Assembly (NCBI RefSeq): GCF_009914755.1
Contig: NC_060926.1
Origin: the human T2T-CHM13v2.0 reference genome, Homo sapiens
DNA length: 64,000 bases
Reading direction: 5' to 3' (one strand)
Part shown: positions 12,389 through 25,026 of the stretch, in pieces
Layout of the letters: each line of letters opens with the position of its first letter
How positions within the stretch are numbered: position 1 is the first letter of the stretch
Position numbers and translations under genes: made by a program
The notes under the pieces: model-generated
The model's database searches: none
What the model was told of the DNA's origin: nothing
What the model saw: only the letters and a program-made list of their open reading frames with translations

Positions 12389-13995
12389 AAATTATTGGGT
12401 ACATATGAAAATCAAAGGAAGTACTGCACTTATGTATGTCAAACCAGAATCAGGGAAACGAAATTCAAAATGAAAAAAAAGTCAAAATGTGCATGTAGTT
12501 TATGATATCATGTCTTTATTTTTAAATGCAGTAAAAGGAGTTTATTAAACACTTGAAGTCATTGTGTAAGGTCTTACTATACCATTCATGAAGATAAATA
12601 TTCACTAAAGTGTGACCTAATGTGATGTTAATGTTTACTGTCTTTTGATAATGACTACCGATATTTTATAATGTGTATTTAGGTCTAATCTTAGTTCTAT
12701 TGTTAATTAGGTGTGCAACTTGAGTATATTACCTCATGGGACTTATGTGTGAAAGGAGGATAATTTTTACCCTATACTTTTTTGTTGAAGTTGTGAGATA
12801 TTTGTAAACCACCTCAAACAGAATATAGTTTAATTACATTATATGTAATATAGAAAGACACTTTATTGCTTGGATATGACTCACTCAAAATTGAATAAGA
12901 TCAAGTCCATAATTGATGAAGATTTTCTAGTTCAATAATGAAGATTGTTTTTATCTAGGTTAAGGATCTTAAAACAAAAACACTATACATTGTTCCATTC
13001 CAAGAAGAAGAAAGCTCAGTAGAACTAGAGTGAAATTTACCTACATGTATATATGAATATATATATACATATATATTTATGTACACTAGCCATAAAAGTT
13101 TAAAGTTGATTTTTTGTATTCTTCTGGGTAAATACACAATGAGCCACTGTTTTTGTTGATTTATAGATTTTTTAGGGAAAAATAAAAATACTTAGATTTT
13201 CCAACTCTAGCAGCCATAACAAATATTTCAATAGAAAACAGCCTTCCTTTTAAAGTAAAATAAAATAATAATATGCTGTGTGTATTGCTAGAGCAATAAA
13301 CTTTACTCAGGTGCCCTTGGCCTAAACTCATTTTGAGAATTACCACATTGTTCAACACTAACATTTTGCTTTTTAACTGTCATGGTTACAAAGGTTTTTG
13401 TTATTCAGATATGAAATTCTTTTCTTTTAATACAAGAGCTTTGGCAGCTGATTCACAATTTCACATTGTTTCATGCCAATTCATTTTATTATGTGAAAAT
13501 TGTTACTGTTATATGTAGTTCCCTTGGGATTTTAGAGTAAACTTGCTGTATCATATCATAGTCCATTTTTAGAATATATTACTCTTTTTTAGTTTATGGT
13601 TCATTTTAGTTCAGAGAGAAATAAAATAATATTAGAGTTTCAGGCAACACAAAGTAAAAAGATTAGCTATAGTTTTTGTTTTCCTTATAGCCTGTTATTC
13701 TGTCATGCATAAGTTTCAAATAACCAAGGTTTTTATTAAATAGTAGTGCCTAGGAATAGTTTGAGAGCAGTTTAATGAGTATTTACAGTACTTTAGATGT
13801 GTTCTTTTTATTTGCATTAATTTTATATATGCAGGTTGTCTATAAATCCTGGAAAGAGGTAAACGTACCTAATCATTATGTAGGGGTGTGTGTGCATTTA
13901 TATTTATATTTTTATGGTGCCCTTAACTTCATACATTAAGAATGATATGATTTCTAAGAGGAAAAAAAAACACATGTAAATTGTTGATGATGGCT

Positions 13996-14185
13996 CTATC
14001 AGTCTACTAGGGCTATCATAACAAAATATCACAGTCTCGGTGGCTAAACAGTGAAAACATATTTTCTCACAGTTCTGGAGGCTAGATGCTTAATATCAAG
14101 GTCAATGTTGGTTTCTGGTGATGCCGCTCTTCCTGGCCACCTTCTCATTCTGTCCTCATGTGACCTCTTCTCTGTGTGCTCACTG
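13996..14185 (-). mobile_element. MLT1 LTR fragment
   Basis: 'gggctatcataacaaaatatcacag...ttctcacagttctggaggctaga' is the antisense MLT1 3' end. Confidence 0.75.
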
Positions 14186-14279
14186 ATATAGTTAATACAG
14201 CAGTTGTTCAAAAGAGGTAGGTTCACTTGAACAAAATTTTGACTTAGCACAATTAAGTTACTTGCCAAAGATAAGTGAT

Positions 14280-14423
14280 AGTGAAATGATTTAAATCTTG
14301 ATTGATTAATTAAAATTTTAGTTGTATGTTTGTTACATCATGCTGGTTCTCAGTGTAATGATTTAAGTTTTGATTGATTGATTAAAATTTTAGTTGTATG
14401 TTTGTTACATCATGCTGATTCTC
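14280..14423. repeat. 72-bp tandem duplication (2 copies)
   Basis: 14280-14351 versus 14352-14423, 5 mismatches by hand. Confidence 0.9.
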
Positions 14424-14865
14424 TTAGTTTGATTTGTTTGTTTCAGGAAGCTGACAGAAAAATTGTTAATTTTGATAATTTATAAGTATATTACTTGCAT
14501 TTTTTCTGTAAAATTTTTGCACAATTTATCATTTTGCTTGAATTTCACAGGGTAAACAAATATGTAAATACATAAGTATATAAAGAAGTTAATATGACCT
14601 TAACACTAAAACTAATTTCTTAACAGGGAAATAATTTCATTATAGCCTATTTGTTATTTCAAGGAGAATTGATTATATAATTCCATTCTCATTAGATAAT
14701 AAGACACTCAAAATGACTTATAGGCACAAGTAATTACTGCTTTATTACTGAGGAAAATTTACAACTAGTAGAAAATTCAGTTAAACTATTTGAAAAAGCT
14801 ATGATAAATGAAGTGTATGAATCTAAATTTATACATAACAGAATTACCTTCTATGTTCCTATCTT

Positions 14866-15259
14866 ATATTTACACAATGGAATCCTATGGCAGCCATAAA
14901 AATGAACAAAAACATGTCCTTTGGAGCAACATGGATGCAGCTGGAGGCCACAATTCTAAGGGAATTAACACAGGGACGGAAAGCCAAATACCACATGTTT
15001 TCATAAGTGGGAGCTAAATATGGAGCATACACGGTCATAAAGATGGGAACAGCAGATACTGCAGACTACTGGGTTGGGGAGGGAGGAAAGGGGGCATAGT
15101 CTAAAAAACTGCTTATTAGGTACTATGTTCACTATCTGGATGATAGGATACATTCTCAAAACCTCTGCATGGTGCAATATAACCATGTAACAAACCTGCG
15201 CATATACCTGCTGTATCTAAAATAAAATTTAAGGTTTAAAAAAGAAAGAAAAGAAAAAT
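14866..15259 (+). mobile_element. L1 3' end (old L1PA/L1PB-type)
   Basis: ORF2 end 'gcagccataaaaa...gcaacatggatgcagctggaggc', 3' UTR 'gtaacaaacctgc' and A-rich tail. Confidence 0.85.
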
Positions 15260-15429
15260 TAAAGTTTACCTTGGGAAATAGGAAGTTAAGAATACAATCC
15301 ATTTGCAAAGACCCAGGGATATGAGAAAGCAAAAATACTAAGAGATTAAACTATAATAAGTGTTATATGATTTCACAATAAATGGTAAGGTAGGAATGGG
15401 CAGAGTTGGCACAAGGGAGATGACAGTCG

Positions 15430-15750
15430 CTAATGTTTCTCTAGTACTAAGCCCCAGACCTTTCTTCTAAACCTTTTATATTAATTGTCTCAGTCATTTC
15501 TCAGAACAACCCTGGGGATTGTGTCGACATATTACAGTTAGGAAGATCACTGCACTGGAGCTAGATTGCCATACTTATTATCAAGGTAACCATGGTTACT
15601 CTCTGAATGCCTTCATTTCCTTCTCTGTAAAATGGGAATAATGCTAGCATATCTCTTTACCATTTGATTGTGAGGATTACATGAATTTACAGATAGGAAG
15701 CACTTCGAGTAGTGCCTGGCAAATAATAGACACATTATATGGTAATCACG
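15430..15750. mobile_element. MIR fragments, both orientations
   Basis: MIR core 'tttccttctctgtaaaatgggaataat...tgtgaggatta...agtgcctggca'. Confidence 0.65.
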
Positions 15751-16897
15751 TTTTAATTATTTATAATATATTTTCTGCCCTTTATATTTGTAGAAACAGC
15801 CAGTGGTATTTTAAAAAGACAAGTCAGAGCATGCCAATACTATACTCAAAAGCCCAGATGGCATTCTTGGCACACATAGAGGAAAAGCCAAATTCTGGGC
15901 CTTTAAAACATACCTCAGTGGTTACTATCCTCCCCTTTCCCCATCCACAAGAGACTCATTGGCCACCTAGCGTTTTGTTAAACATTCCACTTTACACACT
16001 TAACACTCACTATTTCCTCTAACCAAAAACTTCCTACAGGTATAATCTCAACTTGCACCTTCATTACTTGCAGGCTTTTTATGAAAGAGTATTTTTCTGA
16101 CCACTTTAAATAAAACAACAAAGCCTCACCAGATGGGGGGTGGGGGGAATTTCAACTAGATTAATCCAACTTTATGATAGATCAGTGATTTTTTATTTGA
16201 GGCTTTAGATCTTCTTTTACCCTTAGGAACTGGAAAGAGCACAAATACATGAAATAACAGTTTTCGGAAGTTGGAAAACAGGCAGCACAGTATTGTGATT
16301 CCTAAAGAAATTAAATAATTAAAATGAGAAGTAAGATTAACATTGCTGACTGCCCAGAGTTAATTTCCAAACTGAGGGCCAGGGAAGGAAAACTCAATCA
16401 GAATTTAGCAGACTTTTTAAGTAGAGAAGACAGAGGCCAGAGTCTGGGGAGGCCAAAGTGGTTGGAAATTGAGAGGAAGAGTAACAAAGAGGAGGGAACT
16501 ATGTAGAGAAAAAAAATCCAGAGATTTGCACAGGGTTATCCTTAAGTTGTTTCCAATAAATGACTAGTGGGTGAAACGCTATTCATTTGTGTAAAAAAAT
16601 CATAGAATTATAAGTTTAAGAATTCCAGAAATTCATACAGGATAGGAGAAGTTTGAGTCCCAACCAGCCAGTGATTTCAACCCTACAGACAGTCAATAGC
16701 ATTACCAGTAAGGACATGCCTTATTAATAGGATGGAACCATTCACTAAATGTAGGATACTTTAAACCATCTTATCATAGCTTTAGTAGGCCTATGAGACT
16801 AACCCACATGAAACTTAACCGCCTGCCATGAAAGAAAATATCACTAATTAAATGAAGACAAGATTCAAACCAAAAACAACATAACATTCATAAAATC

Positions 16898-17819
16898 TGT
16901 ACTCTTTTTCTTGGACTGCCATAACAAAATGCCAAAGACTGATTGGTTTAAACAACAATGATTTCCTCAAGAGTTGTTGAGGCTAGAAGTTCATGAGCAA
17001 GATAGCAGCAAATTAGGTTTCAGACAAGGGCCTTCTTCCTGGCTTGTAGTGTTGACGGAAATTAAGGAACTGGAGAGATTGAATGGAGTGCAGGAAAGTG
17101 TTTATTTAAGGGGTACATCAGCTTAGTGGACACGTGTTTTGAAAATTTGAGCTTAGAATAAAGAAAACGAGTTTTTTTAAAGAATTTTGAGGCAGGCATT
17201 ATGTGAAGTAGGAAGCAGCTTTATAGAAGTGAGAATAAAGGCTGCTGTGATATTTTGGCAATATGTCTTATATTTCCGGGAAAATTTGGTTTGCCGCTTA
17301 TGCTTATTTGTTTTGTGACCTTGGAACCCGAGGGAAGAAAGAAATAGGAGTTTACAATATGTATGGAGGGCAGATATGGTTAATGTTTTTTTGGGAGAGA
17401 CAGTTAATATGTTTTTTAACTTTAATTTTGGGGGGGGCTATTTAAATTTTTTAGCCTTGGTTAATATAGCAGTTTATTTTATGAGCTATTGTTACTTTTT
17501 TATTGTAATTATAATTATTATTTATGCTATTATTTTGTTATATTTTTTTAATTTTTTACTTCAGTAGATGGCTATCTTCTTGCTGTGTCCTCACATGCAC
17601 TTTCCTTGTTGCATCATGCAAGGGGAGCAAGGGAACTCTCTGGTGTCTTTTTGTCTTCCTGTGATGATACCAATCCTGTCAGATTAGGGACTCACCCTTA
17701 CGGCTTCATTTAATCTTAATAATGTTCCAAAAGTCTTTAGCTGAAAATAATATAGTATTGAGGGTTAGGCCTTCAACATATGAATTTCGGGGAGACAAAA
17801 TTTAGTCCAGTCCATAGCA
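16898..17819 (-). mobile_element. MLT1A-like LTR, split by an ERV1 LTR
   Basis: 'ctgccataacaaaatgcc...ttcttcctggcttgtag' resumes at 17568 as 'atggctatcttcttgctgtgtcctcacatg...ttcaacatatgaattt...ccatagca'. Confidence 0.85.
17050..17563 (-). mobile_element. Solo ERV1 LTR (HERV3/HERV15-group-like), apparently G-to-A hypermutated
   Basis: TG...CA ends, perfect 4-bp TSD GTAG (17046-17049 and 17564-17567), minus-strand AATAAA at 17101-17106, 514 bp; family name uncertain. Confidence 0.8.
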
Positions 17820-18175
17820 ATACCCAATATCCAATAACCTGTGTCAAGATATGCCAAGATGGAGGAATATGTAACTTATTATAAGTGGCAAATATTGATA
17901 AATAACACCCCAAAATGTCAGACACAATGTAAATAACAGACAAAAATGTTTAAAGGGCTACTTACATGAATTTAAAGGAAAATATAAACAAAATGAAGAG
18001 TTAGAAGCTAATAAAAACTAAATGGAACTCCTAGATATGAATATAATATATTAAATACTGTCTGAAATAATTTTATTTGGTGAGAGTAACAGAAGATTAT
18101 ACACTTCTGATAAAACTTTGAATATAGCAAAATAAATCATCCAAAGGGGGAAGCACAGAGGGAAGACAATTGTCA

Positions 18176-18245
18176 CAGAGAGAGAAAGAGGGAGAGAGAA
18201 AGGAAGGAAGGGAGGAAGGAAGGGAAGGAGGGAGGTAGGGAAGGT
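18176..18245. repeat. GA-rich (GGAA)n low-complexity tract
   Basis: Seen directly. Confidence 0.85.
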
Positions 18246-20632
18246 GTGGACTAGGGACAATAAAATTTGATCTAACATACATGTATTAATAATTAGAGTC
18301 CTAATATAAAATAAAAGGGAGGGTGGGCAGAAAAAAAATATTTCAAGATAGAAATAACAGTGTTTTCTAAAATGGATAAAAATTATGAATTAGTACTTCC
18401 AAGAAGCTAAATCATCTCAAGGATGAAAAATGAAGAAATATACCCCCAAAAAGCTAATAATATTTAAATAGCTAAAAAATACTGCTAAAGAAACAATATT
18501 AAAAGTGGGAAAAACAAAAAGATAAATTATATACAATGGAATGAAGATGAGCATTACTGTATACATTTCTTTAGATGCTATGCAAGCAAGAAAAGGACAA
18601 TATAAATAAAGTGCTCAAAAAAGGGGGAAAAAGTCAAGTAAGAATTTCAAATTCAATAAAACTCTTCAAAAATGAAGGTAAAATAAAAACTTATTTTTGG
18701 ACAAATAAAAACTGTAGAATATGTTAATAGGATTGCATTATAAAAATTGCTGAGGAATATTTCTCAAGCATATAAGTAATAAGTTAGATGGAAACATACA
18801 CCTATGCAAGTAAAAATGGTAACATAAAAATGGCAATAATGTTAAAATTATAAACTTTCTATTATACGTAAACTCCTTAAATTCAATGATATTCTTCCTT
18901 AAGAAGCTTTACAAACAAGAGCAAATTAAACCCAGGATGAGTATAAGAAATAAAACATAAATAAAAATAACTGTGAAAAATCAATAAAAAAGAAAATGGA
19001 CAAGCAATAGAGAAAAACTAATAAAAGCAAACATCCCTTTTCTGAAAAATCAATAAAACTGATAAATGTTAGCTGTGTTGATTAAAACAATGTAAAAAGA
19101 ATGAGGAAATTCACAAATGTCAGAATTGGAACAGAGAACATAACTACAAACCCCATAATGATAGTAAATGAATAATAAGTAACTGTCGTGAACAACTTTA
19201 TGCCAACAAATTTGACAGCATAAGGTAGAAACTAATCTTGAAAGACACATGTTACCATAATCAATTCTAGAAAAAATAGAAAATCTTATTCACCTTCTAT
19301 TTTAAGTGATTTTACTTTGTAATGAAAAATCTTCTTACACAGAAAAGTCAGGTTAGTTCCATCAAAAAATTAAAGAGTAATTCCAAAATAGTACAAACTA
19401 TTTCACAAAATAAAAGGGAGATAACACATGTCAACACAGTTTATGAGGCTACATTTACACTGATATTCAAATTTAACAGAGACATCATAGAAAAACTAAA
19501 ATGTAGAAGCAAAATTCCTTAAAAAATATTAGTAAGTTATATCCAGTAATGTTTAAAAGGGCTAATGCACCACATAAACGCTATCATAGGAAGGTAAAGT
19601 TGGTTTAACACTTTAACTTAATTGAAACATTTACACAAAGTTTAAGTTTTGGTATTTATTAATTAAAACTTTTAGTAAACAAAACGGTATCAAACTCAGT
19701 CTGATAAAGGGCATTTCTAATCATATAACTTACATCATACTTTATGATGAAGGACTGAATATTTTCTGTGATTGATTGGTAAAAAAGGCAACCATATCAG
19801 CTCTTAATCTTCCTGTTCAACACTGTATTGGAGGTCCTAATCAGAAATAAAAGGCATATATTACTATTTCAGCATTAAAAAATTAAAACTGTCTTTACTT
19901 TCAGATAACCTGATCACATACATAGGAAATCCTTAAAAAATGCAAAGATGACTCTAGAACGAATAAATGAGTTAATTAAGGTCACAAAATATGGATCATT
20001 TAGTACATTTATATGTTAACAATTAATAGTTTTATATTGAAATGTAAAAATTGCTATTTTCAATAGCATCACAAAACATGACATATTTGGAATAAACGTT
20101 TAAAATATTTGTGTAAAACCTGGACACATAAAACTATATAGCATGGATGACTACAATTATATACCAAGTATAGAAATTGGAAAACAACAGTACTAAGATA
20201 TCAGTTCTCCAAATATTGATTTACATATTCTACATTATTCAAATCAAAGTCTCAGCAGGTGTTTTTATAGAAACTGACAGGGAAACTCTGAATGTATGGA
20301 GAGATGCCCAAGAGAGAGATCAGAATTGGGCAACTTCTATTACCCAATTGCAAAGCTTAATATAACACAGTAATCCAGACATCATAGTATTCACATAAGA
20401 GCAAATATACAGATTAATGAAACAGAATAAAGAATGAGTGTATAGATAGATATTTATATAGCAATATCTATAGGTGTATAGTTTGTGTGTGTATTCAATT
20501 TGTTGTTGACAAAGGTGCCAAGGCAGCCTGTAAGATGGCCCACAGTGATCCCTGATTCTTGGTATTCACAGCTTTCTGTAATCTCCTGAGTTTGTGTAAT
20601 TTCTTTCTAACCAACAGAAATTGGCAACATTA

Positions 20633-20925
20633 ACCAGGCATGGTGGCTCACACCTGTAATCTCAACACTTTGGGATGCTGAGGTGGGTGGATTGATTGAG
20701 CCCAAGAGTTTAAGACCAGCCTGGGTAACAAAGGGAGGCCCCGGTCTCTAGAAAAATAAAAATAAAAACAGAAAAATAGCTGGGCATGGTATTCACGCCT
20801 ATGGTCCCAGCCACTTGGAAGTTTGAAGTGGGAGGATTACTTGGGAAGTGGAGATTAAGGCTACAGTGAGCTGTGATGGCATTACTGCACTCTGGCTGGA
20901 GTGACAGAACAACACCTTGTCTCGG
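20633..20925 (+). mobile_element. AluJ
   Basis: Dimeric Alu with J-type 'ttgagcccaagagttaagaccagcctgggtaaca' and 'ggctacagtgagctgtgat'. Confidence 0.9.
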
Positions 20926-21341
20926 AAAGAAAGCGAAGAGAAGGGAAGGGAAGGGAAGTGGAGGGAAGAGAAGGGGAGGGAAGGGGAGGGAGAAGGAGAG
21001 AAGAGAAAGAAGGGAGAGGGGAGCAAGGGAGGAAGAGAGAGTGGGAGGGAGGAAGGAAGAAAGGAAGGAAGGAAGGGATGGAAAAAGGGAGGAAGGGAAG
21101 GAAGAAGGGAAAGAAAGAAAGAAAGAGAAAGAAAGAAAGAAGGAAAGAAGGAAGGAGGGAAGGGAGGGAGGGAAAGAAAAGAAAGAAAGAAAAAAGAGAA
21201 GAAAAAAGGAAGGAAGGAAGGGAGGGGAAGGAAGGGAGGAAGAGAAAGAAAGAAAAGAAAGAAAAAAGAAAGAAAGAGAAAGAAGAAAAAGAAAGAAGAG
21301 AGAAAGAAAGAAAAGAGAAAGAAAGAGAGAAAGAAAGAAAG
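20926..21341 (+). repeat. Expanded polypurine (GAAA/GGAA) tract from the Alu tail
   Basis: About 415 bp, almost all A/G. Confidence 0.95.
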
Positions 21342-21799
21342 ACAGACAAGTAGGCAGTGTTGAGGGAATGTCACTTTCATGTTTATGTTACAAAAGATTA
21401 TGACTCTCATCTTGCTAACACTCTCTCTCTCTCACTGGTTTTGATTCAGCATGCTGTTGTGTAGGAGAGGCTCCCATTGTAAGAAACTCAGGTGAGCCTC
21501 TGACCAACAGCCAGCAAGGAATTTGAGTTCTCAGTTCAATAACGTGCAAGGAACTGAATCCTGCCAACAACCATATGTGTGAGCTAAGGAGTGAATCTTT
21601 TCACAGTTGAGCATTGAGGCGAGAGCATCCCTAGACAACCCCCTTATTTCAGTCTTGTGAGAAACACTGAATCAAGATACCCAGCTAAGTTATTCCCAGT
21701 TCCCGACCTACAGAAATTGCAAGAAATTAAATGTGTGCTGCCTTAAAGAATTACATTTTGGAAAACTATGAGAAAGAATTGCAAGAAATTACAAGTAAA

Positions 21800-22250
21800 G
21801 CCCTCTTCCCTTGTGCTCCCTTCTAGTCACTCCCATGAAAGAATAACCACTCTCAAAATTTCTAATTGCATAAGCAAATTTCACATTTTTTTACTTTTGT
21901 ATTTCATATAAACAGATTATACATTGTATAAATTTATTTTTGCCTGGCTTATTGCATTCAAAATTATGTTTAGGAAATATGTCCTTAATAATTTATAATA
22001 AAAGTCATTCATATTCATCGGTGTATAATTATCTATTGTGTACACAGAACACATATTATTGATTAATTTGAATCATAATGGGACTTTAAATAGCTTACAG
22101 TTTTTTTTAATTTTTAACTTTGAAAACGGTGATGCTATGAATATATTTAGTCCATATCATTTGATGAACAAGTATACTCATTTCTTTTTAGGTGTATTCT
22201 TTGGATGGCAATTGCTGGGATATAGAATACGCATTTACCTTTAGTAAATA
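21800..22250 (-). mobile_element. Old L1ME-type 3' fragment
   Basis: 'taaccactct...gtgatgctatgaatat...aattgctgggatatag' antisense L1M motifs. Confidence 0.55.
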
Positions 22251-22897
22251 TGGCCACTTACAGTTCACTGATAGACACAGTAATTGTTTTGTACTCTGAG
22301 AAGATAATGCTATTGAAAAGAAAACAGACATTTTTGCCTGTAAATATTCAAATTTTATTTAGTAAATATTTCAATGAATAAGATGCCTAGGTTTTGTTTT
22401 GTTTAAATATACGTGAGGTACCATGCTACTGAGAAATTGTACTCTTGGGCACTTATACAAGAAAAATGACCACACATGTTCACATAAACATGAACAAATA
22501 TTTAGTCATTAAATATGAAAATATGACTCATTTTAGTCATAGTACTATAAGTTAATCCGTTGGAATATATATATTCCAATATATATAATCACAAGTACAA
22601 CTAACCATAGTGTACTTACTCCTTAGCACATAAGCTATATATATTTATAAGGAATAAGTACAGTATAGTTAACCAGACTTGATTCATAAACCTAACCATA
22701 AAGAAAGGAAAAGGGGAAGGGTAGCCATATGCTTTGATTACCATTCCCCAAAATGGTAGGAGAGTAGATTGCTAATTGTAGAGAGAAGAGATACGGGATG
22801 ACTAAGAAAAGACATGTACACTACAACTAGATTAGAAGATTTACACAATTTTCTTCATTTTCAAAATTATATGAGCATAAAGTTCTCTGTTCTTGAA

Positions 22898-23733
22898 GAC
22901 ATTTATGCAGCCAAAAAACACATGAAAAAATGCTCATCATCACTGGCCATCAGAGAAATGCAAATCAAAACCACAGTGAGATACCATCTCACACCAGTTA
23001 GAATGGCAATTATTAAAAAGTCAGGAAACAACAGGTGCTGGAGAGGATGTGGAGAAATAGGAACTCTTTTACGCTGTTGGTGGGACTGTAAACTAGTTCA
23101 ACCATTGTGGAAGTCAGTGTGGCGATTCCTCAGGGATCGCCTGAGAAACCCAAATACTATTTTGGTTTCCAGAACTAGAAATACCATTTGACCCAGCTGT
23201 CTCATTACTGGGTATATACCCAAAAGACTATAAATCATGCTGCTATAAAGACACATGCACACGTATGTTTACTGCGGCACTGTTCACAATAGCAAAGACT
23301 TGGAACCAACCCAAATGTCCAACAATGATAGACTGGATTAAGAAAATGTGGCACATATACACTATGGAATACTATGCAGCCATAAAAAATGATGAGTTCA
23401 TGTCCTTTGTAGGGACATGGATGAAATTGGAAATCATCATTCTCAGTAAACTATTGCAAGGACAAAAAACCAAACACCGCATGTTCTCACTCATAGGTGG
23501 GAATTGAACAGTGAGAACACATGGACACAGGAGGGGGAACATCACTCTCTGGGGACTGTTGTGGGGTAGGGGGGTGGGGGAGGGATAGCATTAGGAGATA
23601 TACCTAATGCTAAATGACGAGTTAATGGGTGCAGCACACCAGCATGGCACATGTATACATATGTAACTAACCTGCACATTGTGCACATGTACCCTAAAAC
23701 TTAAAGTATAATAATAATAAAATAAAATTTTAA
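22898..23733 (+). mobile_element. 5'-truncated L1PA3-like element
   Basis: Near-consensus ORF2 C-terminus ([23 protein letters not shown]...) and 3' UTR 'gctaaatgacgagttaatg'; 19-bp TSD aaagttct(c/g)tgttcttgaa at 22879-22897 and 23734-23752. Confidence 0.93.
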
Positions 23734-24659
23734 AAAGTTCTGTGTTCTTGAATGTCCCCTTTGATTTAGTGATAGCATGGAACCAATGTTAGTACATTTA
23801 TGTAATATTTTACTGAATTCTATCTTTAAACTTTTAGAATCTCTTAATTCCTTGGACATTTTTATACAACAGATGCAATGCCATATAATTTAGGTTCACA
23901 GTTATTTGGTAAGAAAGTCAAATATCAATCATTGCTAACACATTGTTAGCTTAAGAGGAAGAGGTATAAATACCTCAAACACATTTCCCTCTGGAAGAAA
24001 AATAACAGGGAACTGTAATTAAACACAAAAACGTGTTCAGTTGAACTTCAGTTTTGTTCATAAGCATAACTTCTAAGCTCCATTTGCTTTTTTTTTTTCT
24101 TTTAACATGATGGTATTTCTGTGGAAAGTATTAGAAGCTTACCCATACTAAAAGAGAGTCACTGAAGATAGCAGAGGATACCAGGAGCAAAAAAAAAATT
24201 GAATTCAGAGATTATTCAGTAATATATTTTTAACCATTTGCAGGTTTCTAAGCATCAACTATATTTCTCCTGTTTATACTAATTTCGTCCCAGCCTTTCA
24301 AACTACTAAAATAGGGATCCTAGATCCATAGCAATGATAATTTTATAAGTATCATTATATTCTATCAGCAATCCAGGTTTTCTCAAACTTGAAATGTGAC
24401 AACAAATGGAATATTTTACAAAACTTTGTGAAAAGCTTTTCTTAACACTTAAGAAACACTTAGCACATAAAAATAAGAAAATTTAAAATTTGTTCAAAAG
24501 ATTAAAAACATTAGTAAAAAACAGTACTGAATTGACCTGGTTATTTTTAGCTTTAAATTCAACTCCATGTTCTTAAAAAATAAAAGGATTCAATTTATAA
24601 AGTTTAACTTAAAATAAAGTGCAAAATTCACAGATAAAGAAAACAACTATTTGAAACTA

Positions 24660-25026
24660 TAGTAGTCTTCCCTTATCTGTAGTTTCACTTTCCAAGGTTG
24701 CAGTTACCCATGGTCAAGTGTGGTCCAAAATATTAAACGGAAAATTCCAGAAATGAACAATTCATAACTTTCAGGTTTCACATCATTTTGCATCATCCTG
24801 CTCCATCTTGTCCAGGAGTGCATCATTCTACTCTCCAGCATATCTATGCTATATACACTACCTGTCCATTTAACACTTAGTAGCTGTCTTGGTTATCAGA
24901 TTCAAACAACAACAGCAACATAATATATATAGGGTTTGGTACTCTTAAGTTTCAGGCATCCTATGCAGTCTTGGAATGTGAGTCTGTGAATAAGAGGGGA
25001 CTACTGTGAGTAAGAGGGGACTACTG
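24660..25026 (+). mobile_element. MER44A (Tigger7-derived) DNA transposon
   Basis: TIRs 'agtagtcttcccttatc' and 'taagaggggactactg', TA flanks, internal 'aaaatattaaacggaaaattccagaaat'. Confidence 0.85.

Larger units (their letters stand above)
16230..20525 (+). mobile_element. Old L1M element (5' region, ORF1 and ORF2 remnants), interrupted
   Basis: A-rich L1-like motifs such as 'tcttcaaaaatgaaggtaaaataaa', 'tgaacaactttatgccaacaaatttgac' and 'ttgacaaaggtgccaagg'. Confidence 0.7.
20529..21770 (+). mobile_element. MLT1F/E-like LTR, interrupted by AluJ and purine tract
   Basis: 'aagatggcccacagtgatccc...ggtattcaca' resumes at about 21346 with 'ccaacagccagcaagga...gaactgaatcctgccaacaacca...acccagctaag'. 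Confidence 0.75.

Noticed and set aside
20799-21410. K/E/R-rich and F/L/S/P-rich ORFs up to 203 aa
   Set aside because: Artefacts of the stop-free polypurine tract.
22814-23507. L1 ORF2 C-terminal ORFs as a functional CDS
   Set aside because: The element is 5'-truncated, promoterless and frameshifted by the insert.
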